Assembly (NCBI GenBank): GCA_051362555.1
Contig: CM120640.1
Location: forward strand, 50,198,788 to 50,262,787
Direction: 5' to 3'
Origin: Lingula anatina
Lineage: Eukaryota > Animalia > Brachiopoda
DNA length: 64,000 bases
This document shows positions 1 to 29,478 of this stretch, one piece after another; position 1 is the stretch's first letter; every line of letters begins with the position of its first letter. Made by a program: the position numbers and the translations under genes. Under the pieces are notes generated by a model. The model had not been told where the DNA came from, made no database searches, and saw nothing but the letters and a program-made list of their open reading frames with translations.

Positions 1-97
1 AAAAATGTAAGATAAACTTCAAGACAGACACCGTTTGGGTGCAGGTCCTAAGGTTTCACAAAAGAGTGCTTACGGTAGCGTGAAACTACAGAAATCT

Positions 98-3000
98 TTA
101 AAAAAGAATCTTGAAATGCTATTTCTTTTAAGCTTTATTTCCATGATGTTGTTGATTTTTCAGTCGAGTGAATTTCGCCGCGCTCGATCGACCCCCATTT
201 CAATCTTAGAGAATAAAGTGCAACCGAAATAAATTAACAAATTGAAAAACGCGTGCACAAAAAAAGGTGAAGAATATCTTATGTTGGAGCCGTGAAAACA
301 AACCCCACGTTGAGTGGGTGAAAAGAGGTTTTTTCATTCAGTTTCCTTTATAGAAAACTAAGGTTTCCTTATTGAATGAAAGACAAAAGGTTGTCCAAAA
401 TTAACCTATTTTTAATCTAAATCAGGTGCTAGGTTATACAAGTCCACGAGCAGCATGTGTCGTCTGCCAAATACTCTCAGGACAACAGAGGTCGTTTGGT
501 GCGCCTAAATTGTTCATTAAACGTTTCAATGTGATAAAAATATTAAATGTACATATTACTTGATCACGTTGGGATGACAATATTTGTTCAAAGGAGAAAA
601 ATCTTGTTGGCATTTGTTGATATATATATACGAAAATATCAACCATTAAAAACGAAGTATGGGCTTCAACTAAAATATTATTATAAATATTTTTACAATG
701 ACGTTTTATATACATTTTAGCATACGCAAAAAAAAAAATAAAAAGGAAAATAACTACAATAAACAAAAAGTAAAAAATAAAAAATAAAAAAATTAAAATA
801 AAACGCCAAAAAGAGAATTGCAATATACTTACTTTAGAATAAATTGCATATATTTATTTTATCGAAATTTAGTTTTCCTCTACGAAACTGAATGTAAGCG
901 CATAGATCAATTTAAGATTTGATTTCAACCTTTTTCACTTATACGTTGTTTGAGTAGACCCAGCTTCACTCATTCCTCCAAGGTTTTTTGTATAAAACAT
1001 CGATTTGTGTCAGTGAGAAATGAAGAAATATGAACAAACTTTCTGGCATACAAGTTTTAAAAATCTTATCACAAAAAAAGGAAAAAGAAAAAGATTACAT
1101 GTATTATAATATTTTCGTTGAGAGTTGGTTTTAATGGAGCCTTTAACCAGGTAGGAACTTTTTCTAAGAGTTTACTCAGGAAAATGACTTAAGCAAATAA
1201 TAAAAGAACACCATTCGGGAAATTTTATTGTGTGTTATTCATAAGAAGAACAGACTAGGAAATACTGGAAATCGATGTGTAAGACGGTATAGTACTGTAG
1301 AGAAAAAATGTGAGTTGTAAGTATAGGTCAGATGTGGAAGACTTCCTCGAGGGTAAGAACCCATGAGAGCTCTAGAATTCTTCATGTTCGTTTACTCACC
1401 CAACAATACCCCACCCACCGTAAAAGGTCAGAACAGTTTGAAACAACATGGGACTCACCAATGAGAAAGCGTCTTTTATAAATAGAAATAAAAACTTTGA
1501 ATAACAGGGACTGTTATTCCAGTGCCAGGGCTATAATTAGGCCAGGCCGAACCTGGGGGTTAAATCGTAAACATGTTGTAAACTTTAGGTAGCTTTGAAT
1601 CATCCACATGTTCATGACAGAATTTTATACTATATAGTCCGCTAATCCTACCAAATAAGTTTTATACGTGTGTCTTCAATATAATAATCATTTAAATTAA
1701 ACAATGTGTTTGATTGTAGAACTTATTTAAACAATTCAGTTCTGTCAATTATCATCTATAAATTTGAATTTGCGGGATTTTGGAGAAAAGAAAAAATTAA
1801 AACTTCTTCTTTGGTAAAAAAAAAATCGAATGCATAGGACTCAAAAATTCTTTTGAAAAAAATGGTTATCAATTCAATTGATTATTTACTTGACATAGGT
1901 CAAGAGACAGGTAACACGAATTGTTTTTATTTTAATTCACGATTAGTGTACGAAATTATTATTCAAAAAGTATGGATCTTTTAAAAAGGAAAAAGGTCTA
2001 TTCGATATATCCGTTAAAAGAATATAGTACAGGAATATAGTTAAGTATGAACTTGAAGTAGAAATTCGTTCTTTTCGTAGAAAAAAAAATTGGGGGGGGG
2101 GGGGGGGCTTTGAATCAAACCCAGTGCTTTGTTATGGATTGTTAGAAATTTGTTTTGCATAGACTCCAGCACAATTAGTTTACAAAATCGACCTATATCA
2201 TCTTATATAGAGATTGGATTCAAGTAACTTATTTTCATATGTCTAGAACAATTGTTATCGTGGAGCATATATTGTTGTTTAAGTAGATGTTTTTAATGGG
2301 TGTCCTCGTGTAAATAATAACCAGTGACCACAAACTGATGTGGCCTGATTGGCTGTGAAAATGTCAACAAGTAAACACATAGAGTGAGTCATATTAGCGA
2401 GATAAATAATCACTTACACTCTAGGGACACAATAATTTTTATCATCTTTTATTCATAAATCTAATCATCTATTTCATTTGTTGAATTTATGTAACTCTCT
2501 GACGATTGCCCATTTTTCTTTAAATATATATATATATGATTGTTTAGAAGGATATGCACGCCCTAGAAATTTTCAGCACAGAATCTAGATGTTCGTTTGA
2601 AAATGCATATCAACTTATTTTATATGTAGACATCGATTTATTTATTTTGTGTAAAAAGGTCGCTTTTATCATTTCGAACATACACACACAAAGGTTTATA
2701 TCTATATCTAGGATATATATCTATATATTTTAATTTACTAAATAATGAAGGTGAAGATGAAGTTATTATGCTATCATTCAAAAGGTACCTACGTAGGACA
2801 GCAAATAAAAGTATAAAATGAAGCCACTGTAACAAACATAGGCTCAAAAATATTCCCATAATGACCAACGGTTTAATTATTGGCAATGCATGGTATGCCA
2901 ACTATTCGTGAAACGGTTTGAACATTTAGTGAACATACATTTGCCAAAGGAGGGCCCCTCTGTTCAGCTTTTTTTTTTTCTAAATGCGTGCACTTGTCTC

Positions 3001-3874
3001 GTGCTTTGGTCAGATATCTCTGCCAACGAATTTGTTATGTTCAAGGAACATAGTCCAATTATTGAAACATCTTATCAAACGTTTCATTAACAATAGTGAG
3101 TAAATATTCCCCAAGGGTTTGAAAGTGAGAGTGAATATCTTGATGATTACATTTCACGTCAAACGCACCGGATTACAGGTTTTACCTTCCGTTTTTTTAA
3201 TTTTGCGCACGCAATCAACAAAATTGTATTAGAGAATGTTTACTCTTCCATAGATATGAATCATTCTCGATAACTGCATTTTATCTTTTTAATTCCCATG
3301 TAAGATATGATTTAATGGAATCATATGCGACGACTGCCATCGGGTCAAAAAGCACAGTTCCTTACGTAGTTCGCACAGCTGAAACCTGATCCGCCATATA
3401 GTTTATTTAAATACACAACGTAACACATTAATAACACAAATGGAACAAACAAATTGCATTAATTGAATGAATAACCAAACTCTAAAATATTCTACAAATT
3501 ATTCATCATAGTTTTGACAACATAAAAACATTTAGTTCGCTCAATTTGCTGCATTTAGTAAGTTTCTCAATTCTTTAAAAAATAGCTGCTACTGGTTAGT
3601 GCACACATCTATTTCATTTCCTTTTTCAACTACCATGGAACTAAAAATATATTGAATTTGAACGCCAATGAAATTCCTTGCACACCCAAACCGGATACCA
3701 AACCCATTGCCACTACTACCACGCACACTAACGCTATTTCAACATCGAAGTCAATTCATCACTAACGTCACTCCAACACCAACGATTTCTTTCACCACAA
3801 AAGAGAAAATAGGAACACAAAACGTAAACAACCTTAGTGTTATCTTTTGGGTTATCTATAAAACCAAAAAACGT
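98..3874 (+). pseudogene. Possible heavily decayed leucine-rich-repeat (LRR-transmembrane-like) gene relic
   Basis: Scattered frame-broken LRR-like peptides on one strand, ending in an LRRCT-like segment, a Thr-rich stalk and a hydrophobic-then-basic segment. See findings. Confidence 0.3.
2093..2107. repeat. Poly-G tract
   Basis: Direct reading. Confidence 0.9.
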
Positions 3875-4362
3875 AATCTCTCAGCTTTCCATGCGTGTGT
3901 GTGATCATGTGCTGTATGACTCCAGAGAAGGAGAGGGGGTTATTTGAATAGCAAATAAATAAATAAATAAACACAAATAAACACGTTTTTTAAAAATTAA
4001 AATTGATAAAAGAAAAGGGAAAAGCATGCACATATGAAGGAAAGCTAAGATTTTATTTTTGCTGTTGAGTTGATTTCATCATGCCGTTGAAAGTACCCAG
4101 GTTTTAGTATTGGAGAGCCAGAGAGAATGTCTGTTTATAATGTATGACGTATTGTAATAATGACTTTAGATTAAGAAATAACCACTTCTACTTTATATTT
4201 ATATTTTATTTTATTTTATATTTTATTGGTATAAACATTATATTTATTTATCTTTACATTGAAAACAAACATTCACATCTTGAAGAATCTGTAACATTCT
4301 TTTTTTATGGGCTTTTGAAAAATAAATAATACCAATGAAAAAGGTTTAGATATGATATATAG

Positions 4363-4364
<2 letters not shown>

Positions 4365-4400
<36 letters not shown>
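4365..4400. repeat. (GT)18 microsatellite
   Basis: Direct reading. Confidence 0.98.
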
Positions 4401-4404
<4 letters not shown>

Positions 4405-5019
4405 CTTAATAAGATATAAGTTATTCTCTAACGTTAACTATCTAGTCTCGATACATGCTCTGTTAAAACATAACTAACAATTCAACCTATCATATATTGA
4501 GTAGTTTATGAAGTAATAGGACTTAACAAAACTTATTTTTACTTCTCAAGTAGAATTACTACATGGAAAAACTATTGTGACAGTATCCGGAATTTTACGG
4601 TGAATTGGAAATCTTTGTTGTTTTATATTTTCAAATAGATTCAAAATTAAACTAAAACAAAAGAGATGAGAGAACTGTCTTTTTGCTTTCAAATATCAAT
4701 ATTAATACCTAAATAGATTTGGAACTACACGTAGTATGTTTTCCTGTTAAAAAATGCCAACTTTCTGAACCGAAGAGCGTTCTCCGGTAATGATTAAAGT
4801 TCCTCATTAGTTTTGTCATCCCATTTATAATAATATCAGATTGTGTAAAAACGATGGCGAGTTTTTTTGTCAGTTTCTCATTTGAATCTTGATTATTAGT
4901 ATTCCAAAGCTAAATAGAGAATTCTTTTACGTCCATTGCAAAATGTATCACCACCACTATAACACTTTGAAGATTCATATCAAATCACTGTATAGATCAG
5001 TATAATAACTTTTTCACTG

Positions 5020-5790
5020 CTATAACACTGGTATGGAAATGTGTTCTGTAAGAGCATATTTATCGGGTACCGTTGAATGGGGTACTGGTACAGTATACGT
5101 ATGTGGTACACGATCTTAAGATTGTCGTACGATGATGGTATGAGACAGTGATAGATGTTCTGGCACAAAACTGGTACAGTATGTCTGTGTGGAAAAGACA
5201 TGGTATTCTGGTATAGTCTGCACGTGTGATACAGATGTTTGGTTCCGGAACAGTATGAGTGTATCGCACAGTTACATAGAAGTGGGCACAGTATGTGTGT
5301 CTGGTACAGTCGAATGGGGTATTGGCACAGTATGCTTGTGTGGTACAGAATGTTTATATTCTGGCTTATTTGGATGGTAGTGTTTTATTGTTACTGGGAC
5401 AGTAATACTGTATGGTACTTACTGGTGCTTCGCATTTCTCTGGGATGTACAAAATACTGTCGTATACAGTATCCTTGCCTGGTCAATTATATTTGTACAA
5501 ATGGTCATCAACGGTTGTCATCATACTGTAGTGCCAGCAAAACTTAAATATTTGACAATACTTATTGAGGTGAAGTATGGTAATTTTCTGTGTTACAATT
5601 TTTATTTTATTGGGCTCCGGTATGTCACTAAGGGCTTCCTTCTTTAAAACTGGTAAAGATGTGATGGTTTGGAGATTGACATCTGACATATATACTTTAT
5701 GGACTATTTTGAGCCTTTTTGGATGACATAGTTTAAAATCTGGTATTTCTGCTTTTCTCTTATGTTGCATGGAACATCTGAAACTCATTG
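5020..5790 (-). pseudogene. Degenerate 18/21-nt codon-periodic repeat encoding HTVP units; probable relic of a Pro/Thr/Val/His-rich protein
   Basis: Recurrent TGG(T/C)ACAGT motif. Two 48-nt copies (5062-5109, 5299-5346) differ mostly at third codon positions. Stops and frameshifts are present. Confidence 0.45.
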
Positions 5791-6806
5791 AGGTAAAGTC
5801 ATTTCAGTTTATTGGAGAAATACATTTGATTAACCATAAGAACTAACTTTTAAAGATATGTCAATGTAAAATTATGGTGAATAGGTAAATCATACAGAAG
5901 GCAGCTAATATCCCTCTACATCTGAAGTTTATAGACATTGCCCTGTTGATTTGATTTTGAGATATTACTTAGTGTCCATTTGAACATCAGGTGTGTCGCA
6001 AGAAAAAAGCCATGTGGAATAAAAGATTGCAATGAGTGCAACTTTCAGTTAAGAGGTATCGTGCGATTTCAGAAAGAGAAGAACCGTGCGATTCCAGTAA
6101 GAGAAAAGAACTTCGGTTGTTCCTGGTTTTTTATTTTTATATACTGTATTTACTTACTATCACTATGTCAACCTAAAATCCCTAAACCCTGTAAGACACG
6201 TTCAAATGTACCTTTTTATTGGCTAGTTTAAAGTCATTTAATGGATAGATGCATTCCTTCCTTTATTTAACTTGCATGAAAATACGGATAAAATTTTCAT
6301 AAAGAGAATAAGACAACAAAAACCCCTTGAATTGTTCCTTTCAGTACAATACATATGAAGTTCCCGATGTTTGAAATTAAAAAAAAAAAAACAAGAAGAC
6401 GAAACAATTAATATTAAATTCATGTTTCTCTGCATCAGGCATTTGAAAAGACATATCATCTTACTTAGTTTCCATGCGTACAAATCCACCTCCATTTGTG
6501 GTAAGTAAATTTTACATTTTTTTCGTGAGATTTTCTTGAGGTTTGGGGTTTAGTCTAAATCTTCGCTCGTGACAGGCATAGAGGAAATGCCATATCTGGT
6601 AACAAGCTGAAAAGCAGAAGCATGGAAATCTTGTACAATACTAGACAAATGAGGTAGCAAAGTAGAATGAAGAAATCGGTTTTGGTCATTCACATTGATT
6701 TACTCTCAGATCACTGCTACAATCTTATTTACTGGGCGTGGTTTTCGGTTGCCCTTGAAGAGTAAGTCCAGTGCATGCTATGTACCCACCATGCACACCA
6801 GTTTAC

Positions 6807-6842
<36 letters not shown>
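6807..6842. repeat. (TTA)12 microsatellite
   Basis: Direct reading. Confidence 0.98.
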
Positions 6843-6843
<1 letters not shown>

Positions 6844-7880
6844 AATCCCAACCACATGCAACAAGTTTCTGTAAAACCAACTTCATGCACCGTGTCATGC
6901 CACCAGTATGTACACTATCTACTCAACAGCATTTGTATTGATTCATGAATTTATTCATCCATGGATTTATGATATTCCAATGACAGCTGTTGTCTCCAAC
7001 TTTATTCTATGGATTACACAGAGTACATCCTGAGTAAAACGGAACAACATCAGTACAAACAACACCGGCGGCAACATTTTAAAGACCATAAAATTCCTTA
7101 TATACGACATTACTTAGGCGTTAATGTGTTTGTTTCAGTAATGGCACAACCATTTCTTATTTCGATTGCACGTTTTGTAAAAGAGCTGAACTACTATAAC
7201 TTAGATCATTGCTTTCAAATATAGGGTGTCATTGCAGCGATTTCCATGGTATTTAATCAGGGTCTTCTATAGATGAATCAATTATCAGACAAAGACCTTG
7301 CAGCCATATACATTTTGTTTTACACAACGGACGTACTCCCTCTTTTAATTTGAAACTTTTGAAAAATTTGTATGTGTAGGTAGGGGGCATGGTTTGAGTT
7401 AATTCACTAAGAGAGATTCTCCAGTTTCACAGTTTATCATAGTCTTCTTAAGTTGTTCATTTAATAGTTCATAGTACAGAAAAGACATTAATAGTAGATT
7501 TATGTAAAACAAAATACAAAGAGGGCCATTTTTGTCTTAAAAAGCAGGGTTGATAAATTTAGCTACATTCAACTTTATATCCGTTGGAATTTCAACTGGA
7601 TGCCGTGACAAGGTCATGTGACTCTTGTCACTACGCTGTTATTTTTATTCGCTAAAACATTGGCATTATTTGATTAAAACACAGAAGCCCATAGGTATGT
7701 GCAGTTAAGACAATTTTATTGTTATCCTGCGATTCACCAAAAAAATCATTGTCAGTTGGTCATACAACTTCAAGCTGTTAAACAGCCCTATAGTACCTCA
7801 TTTAAATTCGTGTAATTGAATGTGCATCGTGGGAGTCCAGATAAAATTAGTATTCACAAAAACGTAAAGTAAAGTGCGCT

Positions 7881-9446
7881 TTTATTAAGCTAGAACAATT
7901 TACAAGTGTCATGCTCTGTATTAGTATACTAACACTCACTTACACAACCTCGGAAAGGATCCGGTGGTTTTAAAAAAAAAATCCCTCGGGTTTTCCAGTG
8001 AGCAATAACAAAATTCCCAATTTTCTTTGACAGACGTGATTATTCTACGAAGACTCACTTGTGAGTAACTCTGGTTGTGGCAAGATTGTGACAATAATCA
8101 TACAAAAATATTACTTTACAGAACCTACCACATTCTAGTTATGATACACGCACTATAAAAGTATAGTCATTTCCAATGTATGTGAACCAAAGTACTCATC
8201 TGCGTACAAAAGATTCACTGAAAAGCGTCTTATCCTGGAAACCCTCCGCGTTGGTTTAACTACCACCTATCAAGTTCAGTACCAGCAGAGTGTGGGACTG
8301 CTCCATCAAGAAACCTGCTTACTTTGTAGTCAAACCGAGTTGGACAGTGGTCTCTGTAGCACGCTTATTGCACAAAATGAGCTAATCTGTTGATAGAAAG
8401 AGCTTGTATATTTTTTTTTACAAAATAAGTGTGCATGGCAAGCCTGGCGTAACGTTTAGACACTCCGAACCGAAAGTAGAGTTAGGTTATCACATGATCA
8501 ACTGACACAAATTCCAATATTGACCCTCATACAAATGTTAAATATTATGCTTAATTTGGGACTCGTCAACTGTTTTCATGCGATGAAAACGTAAAAGAAA
8601 TAAAACCTGTGGATATCTATGCTATAACCTATACTTATCTATATCATTCTTAAATAAAAATATTTTACAAAACTTGTTGTAGTCAATTTTATACAATATA
8701 TACATAAATAAACATATATTGATGGTCGTTAAACTGAACTGCAAGGACCCTCTATTTAGATAAAAGTACAACTTTAAATGGTAACTAAAAATCAAAACTA
8801 AACTTAGTGAAAAGTCCACTTTGATCACGAGACAAAAAACAAAGATTGTCAATTATTGGTATCATCAGTACAAAACAACAGCTATCATCATTACGATATT
8901 ATCAATTGATGCTTTGGCATCAAAAGACAAATATTACAATGTTAAAGACAACTCGTCTTTCGGAAACTAACATGAACACACCATAATTCAAACCCCTATG
9001 CACAGTTAAGCACGAGTTTCTACTAAATAACAATACCACTGTACATGGAAGCAAGTGTCACACGTCTACATGTGCGTATTTGAGCTTGTTGCGTCGGCTT
9101 ATGACAGTGACACGGTCACTTTATATATATATATATACTCATATATATTTAACGATAATATACACTATATCTTATCATCCATCTACGGTACTCTTTGAGA
9201 CAAACAACGTCCCCTCAAATCGTCTGCTGTGAAATATTATCCGCCATTGTGGCGGGCGTCACGTGCTTCAGCTGGTCTTCTGCGTAGTTTATCTGGGCTG
9301 GGTCCTTTAAATGCTGGGGGCACATCTGAGCATTATTTTTCTATCCGTCTTTGTCCATGAGGTAATTGCATTAAAATAAGCTTTGAGCGTAACTGCTGGC
9401 TAGTATCCAGTGACTGGTGCAGAAAAAAGTTTTGTCGCCCATGCTT
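7881..9446 (-). other. Putative Pax6 3' UTR ending at AATAAA poly(A) signal (7886-7881)
   Basis: First canonical AATAAA I found on the minus strand downstream of the stop codon, followed by U-rich sequence. Confidence 0.45.
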
Positions 9447-25219
<15,773 letters not shown>

Positions 25220-25242
25220 AGTATTGAACAGTGAGTTCCACT

Positions 25243-25315
25243 ACTGAGCAATGCGGCCACCTCGCGCCGTGACGTAAATAGTCAACAGAGTATTCACCAA
25301 CTTCGACCAATCAGC
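25243..25315 (-). promoter_or_regulatory. Pax6 proximal core promoter candidate (TSS about 25245)
   Basis: Inr TCAGT at 25247-25243, TATA-like TATTTA at 25280-25275 overlapping a CRE-like TGACGT, and an NF-Y box GACCAATCAG at 25305-25314. Locally CpG-rich. Confidence 0.6.
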
Positions 25316-28300
25316 GCACAGCACAGGAGGGCAACCCCTCGCAGCGTAGAAATCTAAAGCGGGGAATTTCAATGAGTCAGTCAATCAAACTGGTTTTCGA
25401 CGGGTTATCAACTTAGAACAAAAACTTCTCAATTAAAGTATATCTTTGACAGCTAAGTTTGACCTGCCAACATAATTATACAATAACCCCACAGCAACCA
25501 GCATCCCATTAAGTATTAAAAAATGTTATGCTTGCTTGTGGGAAGGTTTTCCAAAAATTAAAAAGGGGAAGGTTTAACAACAACTGTATTGTATTTTGTA
25601 ATGTAATATTACTGAGATGAGAACAAAAAGTATTTGGTTTTCTTTGATTCGGTATGATTTTCATTAGAAAGGAAAAAATCGAAAGGGAGTTTTAGTATAT
25701 TTCTATCAGATTTGTTCAAATGTAGATTTGGAAATGGCTTTAATTTTGGTATCCTTTCTTGTTTAATAAATTCATAATGGCAAGGACTTGACTTCAACTG
25801 CTCCTCTCTTTCACATTAACAGTACAATGTTAAGTGTTAATGTAAAGCAAACAGGAGCATTCTAACCAAATTTAAGTGTAAGCTGATTAATTTGCAACAG
25901 AAAACTTGTTTACTTGCTTGTCAAATTAGCCTTCTTCAAATGAATTGCAATTTTGAAGCCTGGCGTTTTAAGCTCTAAAATCCTCGCCCGCAAATTGGTT
26001 TCTTATTTAATTCCTAATCACGACACAAATGCGCGCTAACTAACTATCGGAGTAGGCCACAGGTCTAAGAGCTTCTCCGCCGTGGAAAGTATTGTACTGG
26101 GCGAAAATTACGCCGCATGCACAGCGTGAAAGGTGCAAATGGTCCAGAATCTAGGAAGAATATCAATACCGCTATTTTAGGTAGGTACTGTCAGAGTTCT
26201 CTGTCACCCCATGCTCTCGAATATTCAGCACAATAGACTCCGGTTAGCTATTGTGGCCACTTTGTACTAGACTCAACAAGAATTGCGTATCTTCGACAAA
26301 TTTTGCGACGCACCCCCAGGGCTTTTAAAGGTGTGAATTACAATATTTCAAGGTGTCCCGATTGAGGTGGTATCTGGTTGGCTCTGTGGTACCCCTCACT
26401 GAGTGTTTATCCGAAATAAAATTTGCTTACTTCTTTATTTATTTTGTTTATTCATATATTCATGTTTATTTTCAATGTACTTCATTATGTTTTACAAAAT
26501 ATTTTGAAATTAAAATTTGGAACTCTTATCAAACCTGAGCTATGGTGTTGACATTTGTTGAAGCATAAAAGCAAAAGAAATTACTGCCCGAGATAACTGA
26601 AATCACACTCAAATTAATTGAAGTATGATATAAAAGTGTATTAGGAACGTAGGCGTCTCCGATAACACAAAACACGTTCAAACAAAACATAATTAGATAA
26701 AAACAAAAAAGTCTTAAATTTCTGATAATAATCCTACCTTTCTACTAAAACTTTCTTTTGATAGATTACTCATATTTTTCAGTCAAAGTCCGCGCACTAA
26801 TAATCCTTTACATGTGCAAATGATATCTCTATTGGGTAGCTACAATGTTATTTACACGGAAAGAAACCTTCATCCGCACAACAACAACAACAACTGTGAA
26901 TTGGTTACATGTCATTAGATCAGAAGTCTCCACGAGTGACCAGAACAGTCAGGAGCAGATTTTCTTGTCGACTGAGCTCCATAAATTTGCCGAAACCGCT
27001 CTTTACCCTATATTATCCGTCCAATATTTGCTAATTTCTTCCAATTTATTACACCGCTAAAGATATTCGCGTAAACGCTTCATATTAATGTGTCATTATA
27101 TCAGTGCCATTGTTCAGTCTCTGAAGTGTGAAATGACTATTGTAAAAGCGTGAAATGTATTTGTCAAGACGGAGAAACTTTTCTCAGGTGTGAAATTTTG
27201 GAAAATCCACAGGTTATACCTCATGACCAGCATCAGGTCAGGTAGAACGGCATTCACAACGAAAACTAATAAAGTTGGAATGATAAATACCTGATACCCA
27301 CTTGGTTCCCAAATGACTTCAATTTTTTGTCTGGGGAATTTTATTGTTATGAATACAGTATTATTGAGATGTACCCAATGCTTTAGACCTCAGATACAGT
27401 AAGTGCATTATACCTGTATGCTAAGCAATACCCTATATAGATAAAATTACAAGAAGTAAAAATCACGAATTCGAATGTAAAATTAAAAAGTCATGTGCTA
27501 GCTTTTACTGCAGGAAAAAACTCAACATAATTATCTATTTTTCAGGACAGATACTGTATCAAAAAACCTTGACTTTCCCTACGGCGTCAAGACAGAAACA
27601 AGTGTGTCTTCAGTGCGCAGCAAGTTAACTCGGCAGGTGGCTCGGATCCTGCCAGGATTAGGTACTTTACTGAACAAAAAACTGACAGTAATTAATTCAA
27701 AAACTCTAAGGGTCCAGGTCTAAGAAAACATTATATCTTGAGCTTCTCTTTTACTCTCCCGACTTAACCAATTAAATACTTCCTAAATAGAGAGCAAGGT
27801 ACAGCACGGAGCACTTAGCCATGCTATCGGATGACATGTCTTCCCCGCCCAGCCAATTACACTTAATTGTGGTTCATTAAAGAGTATACCTGTCTTTATG
27901 CAGGATGTCACTTTATCCGACCAGGTTTTTAGCCTTATTTTTTTCTCACTGTGCTTTCGGCCCTCTGTGGCAAGGCATGCCTCCTCTTCCCTCTGCTATT
28001 AGTTGTGTCAAAGGTGTAAACCAGATTGTACGTTGTGTATACTTTTCCAAACTGGACGCACCGAGCAGTCTTGTGCAATTGGATTCTAAAGAAAACACCA
28101 AATTACGTCGTCCCTATAACATGCAGGGGTTGTTGAGTGTGGATTTTTGAAAACATCGGAAGCAGTGATTGATTGAAACGAGGCGGAGTTATGCTTTTAT
28201 TCACGTGTGACAACGCATTTCACACTTTGTTGGCAAGCGATTGTTACCAAGCGTACCTGGTCCCGCTCGGTGCCTCTGTGTTCTTTCAACTCTGTTGTGC

Positions 28301-29431
28301 AAGTTACGAAAGAAGGAAGAAAAGAAGACTTTGAAAAGACAGCAGCGTACAATCAGACAACGCCTTTCAGCGCTCCCAGCCTGAACAAAGACGCTATATT
28401 CGCTATGGTTAACTTGTTTCACGCTCTTACACCTAAGCCAACACGCCGTGCCTTAGCGCACCCACTGTCCCAGGGTCCGTTTTATCACCAGTGGGGTCTA
28501 CCGTGACTTTTCTTTTATTATTGTTTGTTGAGTACGCTGAAAGTCAAAGAGACGCCATTTTGAAGAGCATTTTTTTCACTGATAGCGCCCCCATAACTTG
28601 ATATTGATTTTTAGAGTCTAAAAAAACTGCTGCTAATAACAAACACAATCGAACTAATCTTTTGAACATTTGGTACAGGTAATCTATCTGCAATATCTTA
28701 GTTCCCTCTGTACAAAACAAAATGAGACTAATAGAATTAACAGAACAAAAAAATTGTCTCGGTCTAAATAAGACATTTTGCTCGCTTGATAAAATATTTT
28801 GAGCGGATATCTCAATTCCCCCTAAAAGTATCAATGAAAATATCCCCTGACATTTTAATCCTACTCTTAGACATAATCAACGAAGTGCACATTCGTCATC
28901 AAACTGCGGCATTGAAAATATTCGTCCAAGGTAATTCCATGATATTCGAAGGCAATTTTGTGAGGTTACATACAATACGGTAGACGAAAGAAAAACAGAC
29001 ACATGTTTAATTGTGTTATAAACGAATTCCATTGAACCTTTAGTGGGGCAGTAACTAATCTGTTACCACTTTCAGTATTTCTCAAACAAAGCAGAGAATA
29101 TATGTTGCCGTGTCATTCTTCTCAAAGGTCTCAGCAAACATGAGAACAATAGATTCGATCATTTCATTAATTTCAAGACCCGTAAGACGTGTATATTGTA
29201 ACGTATACCAAACACTGTTGTTCAATTTTAGTCGTTGGGTGGAAAATCACATTAATATTAATTTTCATTGTGAATTCGTTCGAGCGGTCTTTAAGTATAC
29301 TGCAAAACAAAACAAAACCAGACAAAACGTCATCTCTGCCGTAAAAAAACAAACAATTCTTATATTTTCTCGCAATATGGCTGCCACTGAAAACCACGAA
29401 ATATGGAATAATATGTAAGATTTTGGCTGGG

Positions 29432-29475
<44 letters not shown>
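29432..29475. repeat. Compound (AT)5(GT)17 microsatellite
   Basis: Direct reading. Confidence 0.97.

Positions 29476-29478
<3 letters not shown>

Noticed and set aside
434-823. 129-aa minus-strand ORF rich in F/I
   Set aside because: Mostly translation of an A-rich low-complexity tract (about 725-810); no domain evident.
6439-6506. Plus-strand exon-like segment with cag acceptor and G/gtaagt donor; a similar isolated donor at 39376
   Set aside because: No compatible neighbouring exons or recognisable peptide.
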